A stretch of 64,000 nucleotides of DNA from Myxococcota bacterium (GTDB lineage: Bacteria; Myxococcota_A; UBA9042; PHBI01; JAWLBL01): positions 131,627 through 195,626 of the forward strand of contig JAWLBL010000015.1 of the NCBI GenBank assembly GCA_041687695.1, in the 5' to 3' direction. The notes below the pieces were generated by a model. It ran no database searches, was not told where the DNA came from, and worked only from the letters and a program-made list of their open reading frames with translations. Numbering within the stretch: position 1 is the first letter of the stretch; each line of letters begins with the position of its first letter. The translations under genes and the position numbers were made by a program. Below, in pieces: positions 1 to 12,575 of this stretch.

Positions 1-2
1 TC

Positions 3-1141
<1,139 letters not shown>

Positions 1142-1142
<1 letters not shown>

Positions 1143-2128
1143 TGACGCTCAAGTCCACCGCCTTCCGCCGCGAACGCGAGGCCACCTGGGTCGAGCTCGA
1201 GGACCTGGTCACCCGGGTCGAGCACAAGGGCCTGGCCTGCCTGGACGAGGCCGAGCTGACGCGCCTGCCGACCCTGTACCGCGCGACCCTTTCGTCGCTG
1301 AGCGTCGCCCGCGCCATCTCGCTCGACAAGGCGCTGGTCGGCTACCTCGAGGCCCTGTCCGCCCGCGCCTACGTCGCCGTCTACTCGACCCGCCGGCGCT
1401 TCGGGCCCGCCCTGTCCGACTTCTTCCTGCGTCGCTTCCCGGGCGCCGTCCGGCAGGCCTGGGCGCCGCTGGTCCTGGTCACCCTGGTGCTGGCGCTGGG
1501 CATCGCCACCGGCTGGGCCGTGGTCGCCGCCGACCCCGAGCGCTTCTACGACTTCGTGCAAGCCGACTACGCCCAGGGCCGCGACCCGGCCAGCTCGACC
1601 CGCTCGCTGCGCGCCAGCCTGTACGACACCGACCACGAGGGCGGCGCGCTGGCGGCCTTCTCGAGCTTCCTCTTCACCCACAACGCCCGCATCGGCCTGC
1701 TCTGCCTGGCCCTGGGCGCCGTCGCCGGCCTGCCGGTCTTCCTGCTGATGTTCACCAACGGCCTGCTGCTGGGCGCCTTCTCGGCCCTGTTCGCCGGGCG
1801 CGGGCTGGGCCTGGATTTTTGGGGCTGGGTGCTGCCCCACGGCGTCACCGAGCTGCTGGCCTTGCTGCTGTGCGGCGCCGCGGGGCTGGCCCTGGGGCGC
1901 GCCGTGGTCTTTCCCGGGCGGCTGTCAAGGCTGGACGAGCTGGCCCGCGCCGGGCGCGCGGTGGCCCCCATCGGCGTGGGCGCCGTCGGCCTGTTCTTCG
2001 TGGCCGGCCTCATCGAGGGCGTGTTCCGCCAGACGGTGACCGACCTGGGGGTGCGCTGGACCGTCGCCCTCGCCACGGCGACGCTGTGGGGCTGGTACTT
2101 CCTGCGCTTCGGGAGGGCGGCGCGATGA
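1142..2128 (+). CDS. Stage II sporulation protein M (SpoIIM/DUF95) family membrane protein
   Basis: FLFTHN, FTNG, LPHGVTEL and AGLIEG motifs; several TM segments; coupled to DUF58. Confidence 0.85.
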
Positions 2129-3054
2129 GCAGGAAGAGCCCCGCCTCCGCCCCCGCCACCACGGGCGCCGACCCGCGCCGCGCTCGCGTCCTGCTGACCC
2201 CCGAGGGTGTCCCGCTGACCTTCACCCTGGCGGCGCGCGGCGATCGCCTGGTGGCGCTGGGGCTGGACCTGCTCATCGTGGTGGGCGCGCCCATCCTGCT
2301 GTTCGTCCTGATCTACTTCGGGCTGGCCGCGCTCTACGGCGGCGGCCTCGAGTGGTCGCTGGCCCTGGTGCTGCTGGTCGTCTTCCTGTTCCGCACCTTC
2401 TATTTCACGCTGTTCGAGCTGCGCTGGCAGGGCCAGACGCCCGGCAAACGCAAGGTCGGCCTGCGCGTGGTCGATCGCCGCGGCGGGCCGCTGACGGGCG
2501 ACGCCATCTTCGTGCGCAACGTCACGCGAGAGCTCGAGCTGTTCGTGCCGCTGGCGGCGCTGACGCAGCCCGAGGCGCTCTACCCGGGATCGGCCGGGCT
2601 GGGCGCGCTCTTCGCCATCCTGTGGCTGCTGGTGCTGGCCTGTCTGCCGCTGTGGAACCGCGACAGCCTGCGGCTGGGGGACCTCGCCGCCGGCACGATG
2701 GTGGTCGAGACCCCCAAGGCCGTGCTGCTCGACGACCTGGCCAGCGCCCCCGAGGCCCCGGCGCGCCCGTTCGCCCTGCGGCCCGCCGAGGCGCCGGACG
2801 TGACCTTCACGAGCGAGCAGCTGGACCACTACGGTATCTACGAGCTGCAGGTCCTCGAGGATCTGCTGCGCCGCGACGACCCCGATCCCGAGGCCCTGGC
2901 CGTCGTCGCCGGCAAGGTGCAGCGCAAGATCGGGTGGGACCCGGCGGCCGCCATCCCCCCCGAGCCGTTCCTGCGCGCCTTCTACAAGGCCCAGCGCGCC
3001 CGCCTCGAGCACAAGCTGCTGCTGGGCCAGCGCCAGGAGCGAAAGCGCGCCTGA
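2125..3054 (+). CDS. RDD family membrane protein
   Basis: ATGA overlap at 2125-2128. TPEGV..RLVALGLD, GQTPGKR..LRVV and RLGDLAAGTMVV motifs. Confidence 0.85.
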   Translation: MSRKSPASAPATTGADPRRARVLLTPEGVPLTFTLAARGDRLVALGLDLLIVVGAPILLFVLIYFGLAALYGGGLEWSLALVLLVVFLFRTFYFTLFELRWQGQTPGKRKVGLRVVDRRGGPLTGDAIFVRNVTRELELFVPLAALTQPEALYPGSAGLGALFAILWLLVLACLPLWNRDSLRLGDLAAGTMVVETPKAVLLDDLASAPEAPARPFALRPAEAPDVTFTSEQLDHYGIYELQVLEDLLRRDDPDPEALAVVAGKVQRKIGWDPAAAIPPEPFLRAFYKAQRARLEHKLLLGQRQERKRA

Positions 3055-3080
3055 CGTCGGCCCCAGCAGCGGACGCGGGT

Positions 3081-3773
3081 TCAGTCGAAGACCGAGGCCA
3101 GGCCGTCGATGTCGACGCCCTCCTTGTCGCGGCGCAGCTCGGAGTAGGCGACCGCGGCGGCGACGGCCGTCAGCGTCGACGAGACGATGGACAGGGCCAC
3201 GATGGCCAGCAGCAGGCCGCGCGGGTGGAAGAGGTCGCCCACGAAGATGAAGCCGCCCATGGCGAAGGCGAGGCCGAACTGCAGCAGGCCGATGACCAGC
3301 ACGGCGGCGAAGATGATCATCTTGGCCCCGTCGGTCAGCTCGTTGCTGCGCTTGAGCGAGGCGATGAGGCCGGGCTTCTCGATGACGGCGACCGGCACCG
3401 CCACGTAGAGCATGCAGGCCAGGATGACGCCGGGGATGACCAGCAGCAGCGTGCCGCCGAAGATGGCGAGGCCCGACAGGATCGCGACGCCGAGGACCGG
3501 CAGCAGGCGGCCGAAGCCGATGGACAGCGACTGCCCGAGGCTGGGGGCGTTGCCGCGCAGCCGCTCGACCACCGAGTAGGTCAGGGCGCCGGTGGCGACG
3601 GGGCCGAGCACGAGCGACGCGTTGTCGATCACCGTGCCGAGCGTCTCGTCGATGGCGCCGAAGGCCGTGTAGAGCAGCAGCGGCACGTGGATGAGCGCCG
3701 TGATGAGCGTGAACGGTAGGAAGTTCTGAAAGAAGATGGCGAACGTGCGCGCCAGCAGGCTGCCTGCGGTCAT
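3081..3773 (-). CDS. Integral membrane protein (YciC/GDPD-membrane-domain-like)
   Basis: Hydrophobic helices; LLLVIPGVIL..E..GLIASLKRS..L pattern. Confidence 0.6.
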   Translation of the reverse strand: MTAGSLLARTFAIFFQNFLPFTLITALIHVPLLLYTAFGAIDETLGTVIDNASLVLGPVATGALTYSVVERLRGNAPSLGQSLSIGFGRLLPVLGVAILSGLAIFGGTLLLVIPGVILACMLYVAVPVAVIEKPGLIASLKRSNELTDGAKMIIFAAVLVIGLLQFGLAFAMGGFIFVGDLFHPRGLLLAIVALSIVSSTLTAVAAAVAYSELRRDKEGVDIDGLASVFD

Positions 3774-3980
3774 GGTGTCCCCCCCATGGGATCCCGTGCG
3801 TTTGTCGACGCCGCCCCGACCGAAGGGGAAGCGGCCGATGGCACCATCTCACCGCCCGCTGTCCAGCGCAACCCGACCTCGCGCGCTTGCAACGGCCACC
3901 GGGTGACGGCGCCACGCGTTCGCGCTAGGCTCGCGACGCACACGCTTCGGACACGCCTTCATCGCATCGCGGGAGCCCCC

Positions 3981-5957
3981 ATGCCCGTCCCCGTCTTCCC
4001 GTCGCTGGGCGCCGTCGCGCTCGACGCGCTCGGAGCGCCGGCCCTGCTGCTGGCCCTGCGCGGCGACGACGTCCTGCTCGCGCGGGCCAACGAGGGCTTC
4101 GTCGAGGCCTGCGGGCGGCCAGGGCAGGCGCTCGAGGGGCGGCCGCTGCACGCCGCGCTGGATCCGGACGCCGCGGCCGCCCTGGCCAGCGCCGCGGTGG
4201 CCGCGGTCGAGGCGCGCGAGGGCGCGGAGGTCGAGCTGATCCTGGCGCCGGCCGGCCGCGAGCCGCGCCGGTTTCGCGGCCACGCGCGCGCCTTCGGCGA
4301 CGCCGACGCGGTCGAGGACGCCTGGGTGACGGTCAGCCTGGTCGACGTCACGGCGGTGCGCGCCGAGCTCGAGCAGCTGCGCCGCCGCGCGCGGGATCTG
4401 GAGGCCCTGGTCGAGAACTCGCCCGACATCGTCGCGCGCATCGACCGCGACTTCCGCCACGTGTTCGTCAACCGCGCCATCGAGGCCGCGACCGGGCAGC
4501 CGCGCGAGCGCTTTTTGGGCAAGGACCACTACGAGCTGGGCATGCCGGCCGAGCTGGTCGAGCCGTGGCGCGCGGTCTACCGCCGCGTTTTCGACACGGG
4601 CCAGGAGGGGCGCAAGGAGTTCGAGTTCGAGACGCCGCAGGGCACGCGCACCTACTCGTCGCGCGTGGTGCCCGAGTTCGGGCCCGACGGCCGGGTCGAG
4701 ACCGTGCTCAGCGTCGCGCGCGACGTCACCGTGCAGCGGCAGGCGATGGCCGAGCGGCTCGAGATGGAGCGGCGGCTGCTCGAGAGCCAGCGCCTCGAGA
4801 GCCTCGGCGTCCTCGCCGGCGGCGTCGCCCACGACTTCAACAACCTGCTGGCCGGGGTCGTGGGCACCGCCTCGCACGCCCGCCAGCTCGTCGAGTCCGA
4901 CTCGGCCCTCGACGCGCTGCTCGCCCGCATCGAGGCGACCGGCCTGCGCGCGGCCGACCTGTGCCGGCAGCTCCTCAGCTACGCGGGCCGCGGCACGCTC
5001 GACTCGGGCCTGGTCGACCTCGCGGCGCTCGCCTCCGAGACGCTCGATCTGTTGCGCTCCAACATCCCCAGCCGCATCGCCCTCGAGCTGGCCGCGCCGC
5101 CCCCGCCCGCCACGCTGCCCATGGTGCGCGGCGACGCGACCCAGCTGCGGCAGGTGCTGATGAACCTGGTGCTCAACGCCGCCGAGGCCATCGGCGACCG
5201 CCCGGGCCTCATCACCGTCAGCCTGGTGCGCGGCCAACCCGACCAACGCGCGCTCGCCGGCGCGGTCGTCGCCCCCGAGCGGCTCGACGGCGCCTTCCTG
5301 GTCCTCCAGGTCACCGACGACGGCTGCGGCATGACCCCCCAGACCGTCCGCCGCATCTTCGACCCCTTCTTCACGACCAAGCTCAACGGCCGCGGCCTGG
5401 GCCTGGCCGCCACCCTCGGCGTCGTGCGCGCCCACGGCGGCGCGCTGCTCGTGCGCTCGGCCCCCGGCGAGGGCACGACCTTCACGTTGCAGCTGCCCGC
5501 GACCCAGACCGTCGCCGCCCCGGTCGTGCCACGCCGCGCCGAGGCCTGGCAGGGCGAGGGGCTGGTCCTCATCGTCGACGACGAGGACGTCGTCCGCCGC
5601 GCCGCCGCCCTCATCGCCCGCGGCGCCGGGCTGCGCACGCTGTTCGCCGTCGACGGCCCGGGCGCCATCCGCCTGCTGGCCGAGCACCCCGACCTCATCG
5701 ACGTCGTGCTGCTCGACATGACCATGCCGGGCGGCGACGGCCCCGAGGTGCTGCGCCAGCTGCGCACCATCCGGCCCGATCTGCCCGCGGTCGTCACCAG
5801 CGGCTTCTCCGAGCACACGGTGCTGCAGCGCATGGGCGGCCAGGCCATCAGCGCCTTCGTCCCCAAGCCCTTCACCAAGGAGACCCTGCTCGCCGGCCTG
5901 CGCCGCGCCTTCGGCGCCCCGGTCCGTTCGCCCTTCCTGGAGTCCTCGTCCGTGTAG
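3981..5957 (+). CDS. PAS-domain hybrid sensor histidine kinase/response regulator
   Basis: PAS (ENSPDIVARID..VN), H-box AHDFNNLL, N-box NLVLNAAEA, DDGCGM, FDPFFTTK, GRGLGLA, and receiver LIVDDE..LLDMTMP..KPF. ATG 3981 follows GGAG. Confidence 0.9.
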   Translation: MPVPVFPSLGAVALDALGAPALLLALRGDDVLLARANEGFVEACGRPGQALEGRPLHAALDPDAAAALASAAVAAVEAREGAEVELILAPAGREPRRFRGHARAFGDADAVEDAWVTVSLVDVTAVRAELEQLRRRARDLEALVENSPDIVARIDRDFRHVFVNRAIEAATGQPRERFLGKDHYELGMPAELVEPWRAVYRRVFDTGQEGRKEFEFETPQGTRTYSSRVVPEFGPDGRVETVLSVARDVTVQRQAMAERLEMERRLLESQRLESLGVLAGGVAHDFNNLLAGVVGTASHARQLVESDSALDALLARIEATGLRAADLCRQLLSYAGRGTLDSGLVDLAALASETLDLLRSNIPSRIALELAAPPPPATLPMVRGDATQLRQVLMNLVLNAAEAIGDRPGLITVSLVRGQPDQRALAGAVVAPERLDGAFLVLQVTDDGCGMTPQTVRRIFDPFFTTKLNGRGLGLAATLGVVRAHGGALLVRSAPGEGTTFTLQLPATQTVAAPVVPRRAEAWQGEGLVLIVDDEDVVRRAAALIARGAGLRTLFAVDGPGAIRLLAEHPDLIDVVLLDMTMPGGDGPEVLRQLRTIRPDLPAVVTSGFSEHTVLQRMGGQAISAFVPKPFTKETLLAGLRRAFGAPVRSPFLESSSV

Positions 5958-5993
5958 CACACTGGGCGCCCACCTCGCCCCGGGAGCCCCGAC

Positions 5994-7067
<1,074 letters not shown>

Positions 7068-7215
7068 CGCCACCCGCCCCGGCGGATTCCAACCCGCTCC
7101 TCGCCGCCATCGGTCGCCGCCCTTACGGTCGTCGCAGACCCTACGACCCCATTCGGTACGAGCGCGCCGGCCGGCCGGACCGGCACCGGCCCGCGCTGCG
7201 ACCGGGGAGGCGTCC

Positions 7216-9003
7216 GTGCCCGGCGAGCGGCCCACGAACACGCAGATCGACAAGTCGCCGGCGTCGCTGGCGGCGCCACCCAACCTGACGGACTGGACCG
7301 CCGAGCGGGCCGCCTTCTCGTGGGAGGCCGCCCGCGCCATGCTCGACGGGCTGCCGGGCGGCGCCGGCCTGCACATCGCCCACGAGGCGGTGCGCCGGCA
7401 CGCCCGTGGCCCCCTGGCCGGCCACACCGCGCTCGTCGGCGTCGGCGCCCACGGCGAGCGCCGCGCGCTGACCTACGAGGCCCTGTGGCAGGCCACCAGC
7501 CGCTTCGCCAATGCGCTGGTCGCCCTGGGCGCGCGCCGCGGCGACCGGCTGTTCGTGCTGATGCCGCGCGTCCCCGAGCTGACGGTCGCGGTCATGGGCG
7601 CGCTGTCGGCCGGCTGCGTCGTCTGCCCGCTCTTCGCGGCCTTCGGCCCCGAGCCCATCGCCCAGCGGCTGACCCTCGGATCGGCGCGCTTCCTGGTCAC
7701 CACCTCGGCGCTGTACCAGCGCAAGGTCGCGGCGGCGCGGCCCAGCGTCCCGCACCTCGAGCACGTCCTGGTCCTGGGCGCCGAGGGGCCGCCGGGGACC
7801 ACGCCGCTGGACGAGCGGCTGGCCGCCGCCGCCGCCGACTTCGAGCTGCCGCCCACAGACCCCGAGCAGCCGGCCCTGCTGCACTTCACCAGCGGCACCA
7901 CCGGCCGCCCCAAGGGCGCGCTGCACGTCCACGGCGCCGTGCTGCACCACCTGGTCAGCGCCCACTACGCGCTGGATCTCCGCGCGGGCGACGTCTTCTG
8001 GTGCACCGCCGACCCCGGCTGGGTCACCGGGATGTCCTACGGCGTCGTGGCCCCGCTGGCCCTGGGCGCGACCAACCTGGTCTACGAGGGCGAGTTCGAC
8101 CCGCGCGGCTGGCTGGACGTGCTGGCGCGCGAGCAGGTGACGGTCTGGTACACCGCGCCGACCGCGGTGCGCATGATGCGCCGGGCCGGCCTCGGCGCCG
8201 CCGGGCCCGAGCGCCTGCAGCACCTGCGCTTCATCGCCAGCGTCGGAGAGCCGCTGGACGCCGAGGCCGTGCGCTGGGGCGTCGAGGCGTTCGGGCTGCC
8301 CATCCACGACAACTGGTGGCAGACCGAGACGGGCGGCATATTGATCGCCAATTACGCCGCCATGCCCATCCGGCCGGGGTCGATGGGGCGCCCGCTGCCG
8401 GGCGTCGAGGTCGCGGTGGTGCGCCGGGCGGGCGAGGGCCGGGTCGAGGCGCTGCCGCCCGGCGAGCAGGGCGAGCTGGCCGTCCGGCGGCCCTGGCCGG
8501 GCATGTTCCGGGCCTATCTGAACGACCCGGCGCGCTACGCCGGCTGCTTCGTCGGCGACTGGTATCTGTCGGGCGATCTCGCCCGCATGGACGAGGACGG
8601 CTACCTGTGGTTCGTCGGGCGGGCCGACGACGTCATCAAGACCGCCGGGCACCTGGTCGGGCCCTTCGAGGTCGAGCGCGTCCTGCTGTCGCACCCGGCG
8701 GTGGCCGAGGCGGGCGTCATCGGACGGCCCGACCCGGTCGCGGGCGAGGTCATCAAGGCGTTCGTGGCGCTGCGGCCGGGGCACGCGCCGGACGACGGGC
8801 TGCGGCGCGAGCTGCTGGGCCTCTCGCGCAAGCGGCTGGGGCCGGCCCTGTCGCCGCGCGAGATCGCCTTCGTCGACGGGCTGCCCAAGACGCGCAGCGG
8901 CAAGATCCTGCGGCGGCTGCTGCGGGCGCGCGAGCTGGGGCTGCCCGAGGGCGACCTGTCGACCCTGGAGCCCGAGCCGCCGGGGGCGGGGCGCGCCTCG
9001 TGA
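7216..9003 (+). CDS. acsA: Acetate--CoA ligase (AMP-forming)
   Basis: [41 protein letters not shown] and [11 protein letters not shown] motifs. Confidence 0.88.
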   Translation: MPGERPTNTQIDKSPASLAAPPNLTDWTAERAAFSWEAARAMLDGLPGGAGLHIAHEAVRRHARGPLAGHTALVGVGAHGERRALTYEALWQATSRFANALVALGARRGDRLFVLMPRVPELTVAVMGALSAGCVVCPLFAAFGPEPIAQRLTLGSARFLVTTSALYQRKVAAARPSVPHLEHVLVLGAEGPPGTTPLDERLAAAAADFELPPTDPEQPALLHFTSGTTGRPKGALHVHGAVLHHLVSAHYALDLRAGDVFWCTADPGWVTGMSYGVVAPLALGATNLVYEGEFDPRGWLDVLAREQVTVWYTAPTAVRMMRRAGLGAAGPERLQHLRFIASVGEPLDAEAVRWGVEAFGLPIHDNWWQTETGGILIANYAAMPIRPGSMGRPLPGVEVAVVRRAGEGRVEALPPGEQGELAVRRPWPGMFRAYLNDPARYAGCFVGDWYLSGDLARMDEDGYLWFVGRADDVIKTAGHLVGPFEVERVLLSHPAVAEAGVIGRPDPVAGEVIKAFVALRPGHAPDDGLRRELLGLSRKRLGPALSPREIAFVDGLPKTRSGKILRRLLRARELGLPEGDLSTLEPEPPGAGRAS

Positions 9004-11054
9004 GCGGGCGCGCGTCCAGGAGGGGCCCCGACGGCGGCGGGCGGCGGCCGGTCGCGGTCACGGCGGGCCACGCTCGGCACCTGCTTCGGCAGATGCTGCG
9101 CATCCGGCGCTTCGAGGAGCGCTGCGCCGAGGCCTACGCCGGCGAGCACATCCGGGGCTTTTTGCACCTGTACAACGGCCAGGAGGCCATCGCCGTCGGG
9201 GCTGTCGGCGCGCTCGAGCCCGAGGACCCCCTCTTCGCCACCTACCGCGAGCACGGCCACGCCCTGGCCCGCGGCGTGCCGATGGGGCCGCTGATGGCCG
9301 AGATGTTCGGCAAGGCCGAGGGCGTCTGCCGCGGCCGCGGCGGGTCGATGCACCTGTTCGACCTGTCGCGCGCCTTCTTCGGCGGCAACGCCATCGTCGG
9401 CGGGCACCTGCCGCTGGCGGTGGGCGCGGCGCTGGCCGATCGGCGGCTGGGGCGGCCGCGGGTGACCGCCTGCTTCTTCGGCGAGGGCGCCGTCGAGGAG
9501 GGCGAGTTCCACGAGGCGATGAACCTGGCGGCGCTGTGGGGGCTGCCGGTCGTCTTCTGCTGCGAGAACAACCGCTACGCGATGGGCACCCCCCTCGCCG
9601 TGGGAGAGGCGCGACGGGACCTGGTCGCCAAGGCGGCGGCCGACGGCGTCCCGGGCGAGGTGGTCGACGGGATGGACGTGCTGGCGGTCGAGGCGGCCAT
9701 GCGCGGCGCGGTCGCGGCGGCGAGGGGCGGGGACGGGCCGCGCTTTCTGGAGCTGCGGACCTACCGCTTCGTGGCGCACTCGATGTTCGACGCGCAGCTC
9801 TACCGGGACAAGGCCGAGGTGGAGGCCTGGCGCCACCGCGACCCGCTGGTGACGTTCCGGGCGGCGCTCGAGGCCGAGGGGCTCGTGGACCAGGCCGCCT
9901 GGGAGGCGATGGAAGGCGAGGTGGCGCGCGAGATCGAGGAGGCCGTCGCCTTCGCCGAGGCCGGCACCCTGGAGCCCGTCGCCGACCTGACGCGCGACGT
10001 GACCACCCCGGTCGAGGGCCGCCCCGCGACGCCGCGCCCGCCGGCGCCTGCCCCCGAGGCCCCGAGCCGGATGACCTATCGCGAGGCGGTCAAGCAGGCC
10101 ATCGCCGAGGCTCTGGAGGCCGACCCGCGCGTGGTCCTGATCGGCGAGGACGTCGGCCGCTACGGCGGCTGCTACGCCGTCTCCAAGGGCCTGCTCGAGC
10201 GCTTCGGCCCCAGCCGCGTGGTCGACGCGCCGCTGTCGGAGGCCGGCTTCGTCGGCGCGGGCGTCGGCGCGGCGATGACCGGCCTGCGGCCCATCGTCGA
10301 GGTGATGACCTGCAACTTCAGCACGCTGGCGATGGACCAGATCCTGAACAATGCCGCGACCTTGCGCCACATGTCGGGCGGGCAGGTCGGCGTCCCGCTG
10401 GTCGTCCGGATGGCCACCGGCGCCGGCCGGCAGCTGGCCGCGCAGCACTCGCACAGCCTCGAGGGCTGGTTCGCGCACATCCCCGGGCTGCGGGTCGTCG
10501 CGCCGGCCACCGTCGAGGACGCGCGCGGCATGCTGTGGACGGCGCTGCACGACCCGGACCCGGTGCTCATCTTCGAGCACGTCGACCTGTACAACGCCGA
10601 GGGCGAGCTGCCGGCGGGCGCCGGCCCGGTGGATCTGGACCGCGCGGTGGTGCGACGCTCCGGGCGCGACGTCACCCTGGTCACCTACGGGGGCTCGCTG
10701 CGCAAGGCGCTGGCGGCGGCCGAGGCGCTGGCCGGCCAGGGCGTCGAGGCCGAGGTCGTCGATCTGCGGACCCTGCGGCCGCTCGACGGCGAGACGGTGC
10801 TGGCCTCGGTGGCGCGCACCCGGCGGCTGGTGGTGGTCGACGAGGGCTGGCGTTCGGGCAGCCTGTCGGCCGAGGTCGTGGCCCGGGTGACCGAGGCGGC
10901 CCTCTACGAGCTGGACGCCCCGCCGGCGCGCGTGTGCACCGCCGAGGTACCGCTGCCCTACGCCAAGCACCTGGAGCAGGCAGCGCTGCCGCAGCCCGAG
11001 GCCATCGTCCGGGCCGCGCGGGCGCTGGTGGGCGGGGGGCGCGCGGATGGCTGA
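9000..11054 (+). CDS. pdhAB: 2-oxoacid (pyruvate) dehydrogenase E1, alpha and beta subunits fused in one ORF
   Basis: GTG at 9000 overlaps the acsA stop. Alpha: [21 protein letters not shown] motif GEGA..CENN. After a Pro-rich linker, beta: [35 protein letters not shown]. No stop between the halves. Confidence 0.88.
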   Translation: MSGRASRRGPDGGGRRPVAVTAGHARHLLRQMLRIRRFEERCAEAYAGEHIRGFLHLYNGQEAIAVGAVGALEPEDPLFATYREHGHALARGVPMGPLMAEMFGKAEGVCRGRGGSMHLFDLSRAFFGGNAIVGGHLPLAVGAALADRRLGRPRVTACFFGEGAVEEGEFHEAMNLAALWGLPVVFCCENNRYAMGTPLAVGEARRDLVAKAAADGVPGEVVDGMDVLAVEAAMRGAVAAARGGDGPRFLELRTYRFVAHSMFDAQLYRDKAEVEAWRHRDPLVTFRAALEAEGLVDQAAWEAMEGEVAREIEEAVAFAEAGTLEPVADLTRDVTTPVEGRPATPRPPAPAPEAPSRMTYREAVKQAIAEALEADPRVVLIGEDVGRYGGCYAVSKGLLERFGPSRVVDAPLSEAGFVGAGVGAAMTGLRPIVEVMTCNFSTLAMDQILNNAATLRHMSGGQVGVPLVVRMATGAGRQLAAQHSHSLEGWFAHIPGLRVVAPATVEDARGMLWTALHDPDPVLIFEHVDLYNAEGELPAGAGPVDLDRAVVRRSGRDVTLVTYGGSLRKALAAAEALAGQGVEAEVVDLRTLRPLDGETVLASVARTRRLVVVDEGWRSGSLSAEVVARVTEAALYELDAPPARVCTAEVPLPYAKHLEQAALPQPEAIVRAARALVGGGRADG

Positions 11055-12294
11055 GCTGCGCATGCCGTCGCTGGGCGCCGACATGGAGTCGGCCGAGCTG
11101 GTCGCGTGGCAGGTGCGGCCGGGCGACGAGGTGCGCCGCGGCGACATCGTGGCGGTGATCGAGACCCACAAGGGCGCCATCGACGTCGAGGCCTACGTGT
11201 CGGGGCGGGTGGCGCGGCTGCTGGTCGAGCCCGGGGCGCGGGTGCCGGTGGGCGCGCCGATCGCCGTGCTCGAGGACGGGGCCGGGGCGGCGCCCGAGGT
11301 CGAGGCCGAGCCGGCGGCGGCGGCCCAGGCGGTGGCGGTGGCGGAGGTGGAGCCGGTGGCGGAAGCGGCGGCGGAGCCGGTGGCGGAAGCGGCGGCCGAG
11401 CCCGTGGCGGTGGCGGAGGCAGCGCCCCAGGCCGCGCCGAGGCCGGCCGATGGGTGGGTCCGGGCCTCGCCGGCGGCGCGGGCGCGGGCGCGGTCGCTGG
11501 GGATCGCGCTGGAAGACGTGCGCGGCAGCGGCCCGGGCGGCGCGGTGACGCTGGCGGACCTCGAGGCGGCCCCCTCGCCGACACCGACGACCCCGGCGCC
11601 ACCGACGCCCGCGACGCGGCCGCGGCCGACGACGGCCGGGTTGCGGCAGGCCATCGCGGCGGCCATGGCGCGCTCGAACCGCGAGATCCCCCACCTGTAC
11701 CTGACCCACTCTGTGGATGTCGCCGAGCCGCTGCGCTGGCTCGCGGCCCGCAACGCCCAGCGGCCGGTCGCCGAGCGCGTCCTGCCGGCGGCCCTGTTCC
11801 TGCAGGCCAGCGCGCGGGCGCTGGCGCGTCACCCCGAGCTGAACGGCTACTGGAAGGACGACGCCTTCGTCCCGGGCGCCGGCGTCCACCTGGGCGTCGC
11901 CGTCTCGCTGCGCGGCGGCGGCGTGGTCATCCCGGCCCTGCGCGACGCCGACCGGCTGGGGCTCGACGCGCTGATGCAGGGCCTGCGGGATCTGGTGGGC
12001 CGCGCGCGGTCGGGGCGGCTGCGCTCGTCCGAGCTGGACTCGGGCACGGCGACGGTGACCAACCTGGGCGACACCGGCGTCGAGTCGGTGCTGGGGGTGG
12101 TCTACCCTCCGCAGGTCGCGCTCATCGGGTTCGGCCGCGTGGTCGAGCGCCCCTGGGCGGTCGACGGGATGCTGACCGTGCGCCCCGTGGTCACGGTGTC
12201 GCTGGCGGCCGACCACCGCGCCGTCGACGGCCACGCCGGGGCGCGCCTGCTGTCCACCCTCGAGCAGCTGCTGCGGCAGCCGGAGGCCCCATGA
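11047..12294 (+). CDS. pdhC: Dihydrolipoamide acyltransferase (E2)
   Basis: Lipoyl domain (MPSLG..IETHKG), E3/E1-binding [15 protein letters not shown], and catalytic DHRAVDG. Confidence 0.88.
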   Translation: MAELRMPSLGADMESAELVAWQVRPGDEVRRGDIVAVIETHKGAIDVEAYVSGRVARLLVEPGARVPVGAPIAVLEDGAGAAPEVEAEPAAAAQAVAVAEVEPVAEAAAEPVAEAAAEPVAVAEAAPQAAPRPADGWVRASPAARARARSLGIALEDVRGSGPGGAVTLADLEAAPSPTPTTPAPPTPATRPRPTTAGLRQAIAAAMARSNREIPHLYLTHSVDVAEPLRWLAARNAQRPVAERVLPAALFLQASARALARHPELNGYWKDDAFVPGAGVHLGVAVSLRGGGVVIPALRDADRLGLDALMQGLRDLVGRARSGRLRSSELDSGTATVTNLGDTGVESVLGVVYPPQVALIGFGRVVERPWAVDGMLTVRPVVTVSLAADHRAVDGHAGARLLSTLEQLLRQPEAP

Positions 12295-12575
12295 CCGCGT
12301 CACCGACGCCGAGCCGCGAGGAGCTGCGCGCCCAGGTGGCCGCCGTGCTGGCCGACATCGCGCCCGAGGTCGATCTGACCGCCATCCCCGACGAAGCCCC
12401 GCTGCGCGAGGCGGCCGACCTGGACTCGATGGACATGCTGAACCTGGTCCTGGGGCTGGCGCAGCGGCTCGAGGTCGAGATCCCCGAGGCCGACTACGCG
12501 CAGGCCGCCACCGTGGGCGGGCTGCTGGACTACCTGGCGCGGGCGCTCGCCGCGCGCCCTGCCGAAGGAGCGTGA
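12291..12575 (+). CDS. Acyl carrier protein
   Basis: Acidic 94-aa protein with LDSMD phosphopantetheine motif and EIPEADY..TVGGL; ATGA overlap with E2. Confidence 0.85.
   Translation: MTASPTPSREELRAQVAAVLADIAPEVDLTAIPDEAPLREAADLDSMDMLNLVLGLAQRLEVEIPEADYAQAATVGGLLDYLARALAARPAEGA

Noticed and set aside
7320..8999. N-terminal extension making a 1244-aa E1 (likewise the extensions of RDD, HypF, HypE and ACP ORFs)
   Set aside because: The extensions are Arg/Pro/Gly-rich off-frame overlaps of the upstream gene. True starts coincide with stop/start overlaps.
11335..11425. Short tandem repeat in E2 (EPVAEAAA)
   Set aside because: Ordinary Ala/Pro/Glu-rich interdomain linker.
12291..12575. PKS/NRPS biosynthetic cluster suggested by the ACP and adenylating enzyme
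   Set aside because: No ketosynthase, condensation, thioesterase or tailoring genes in the window.
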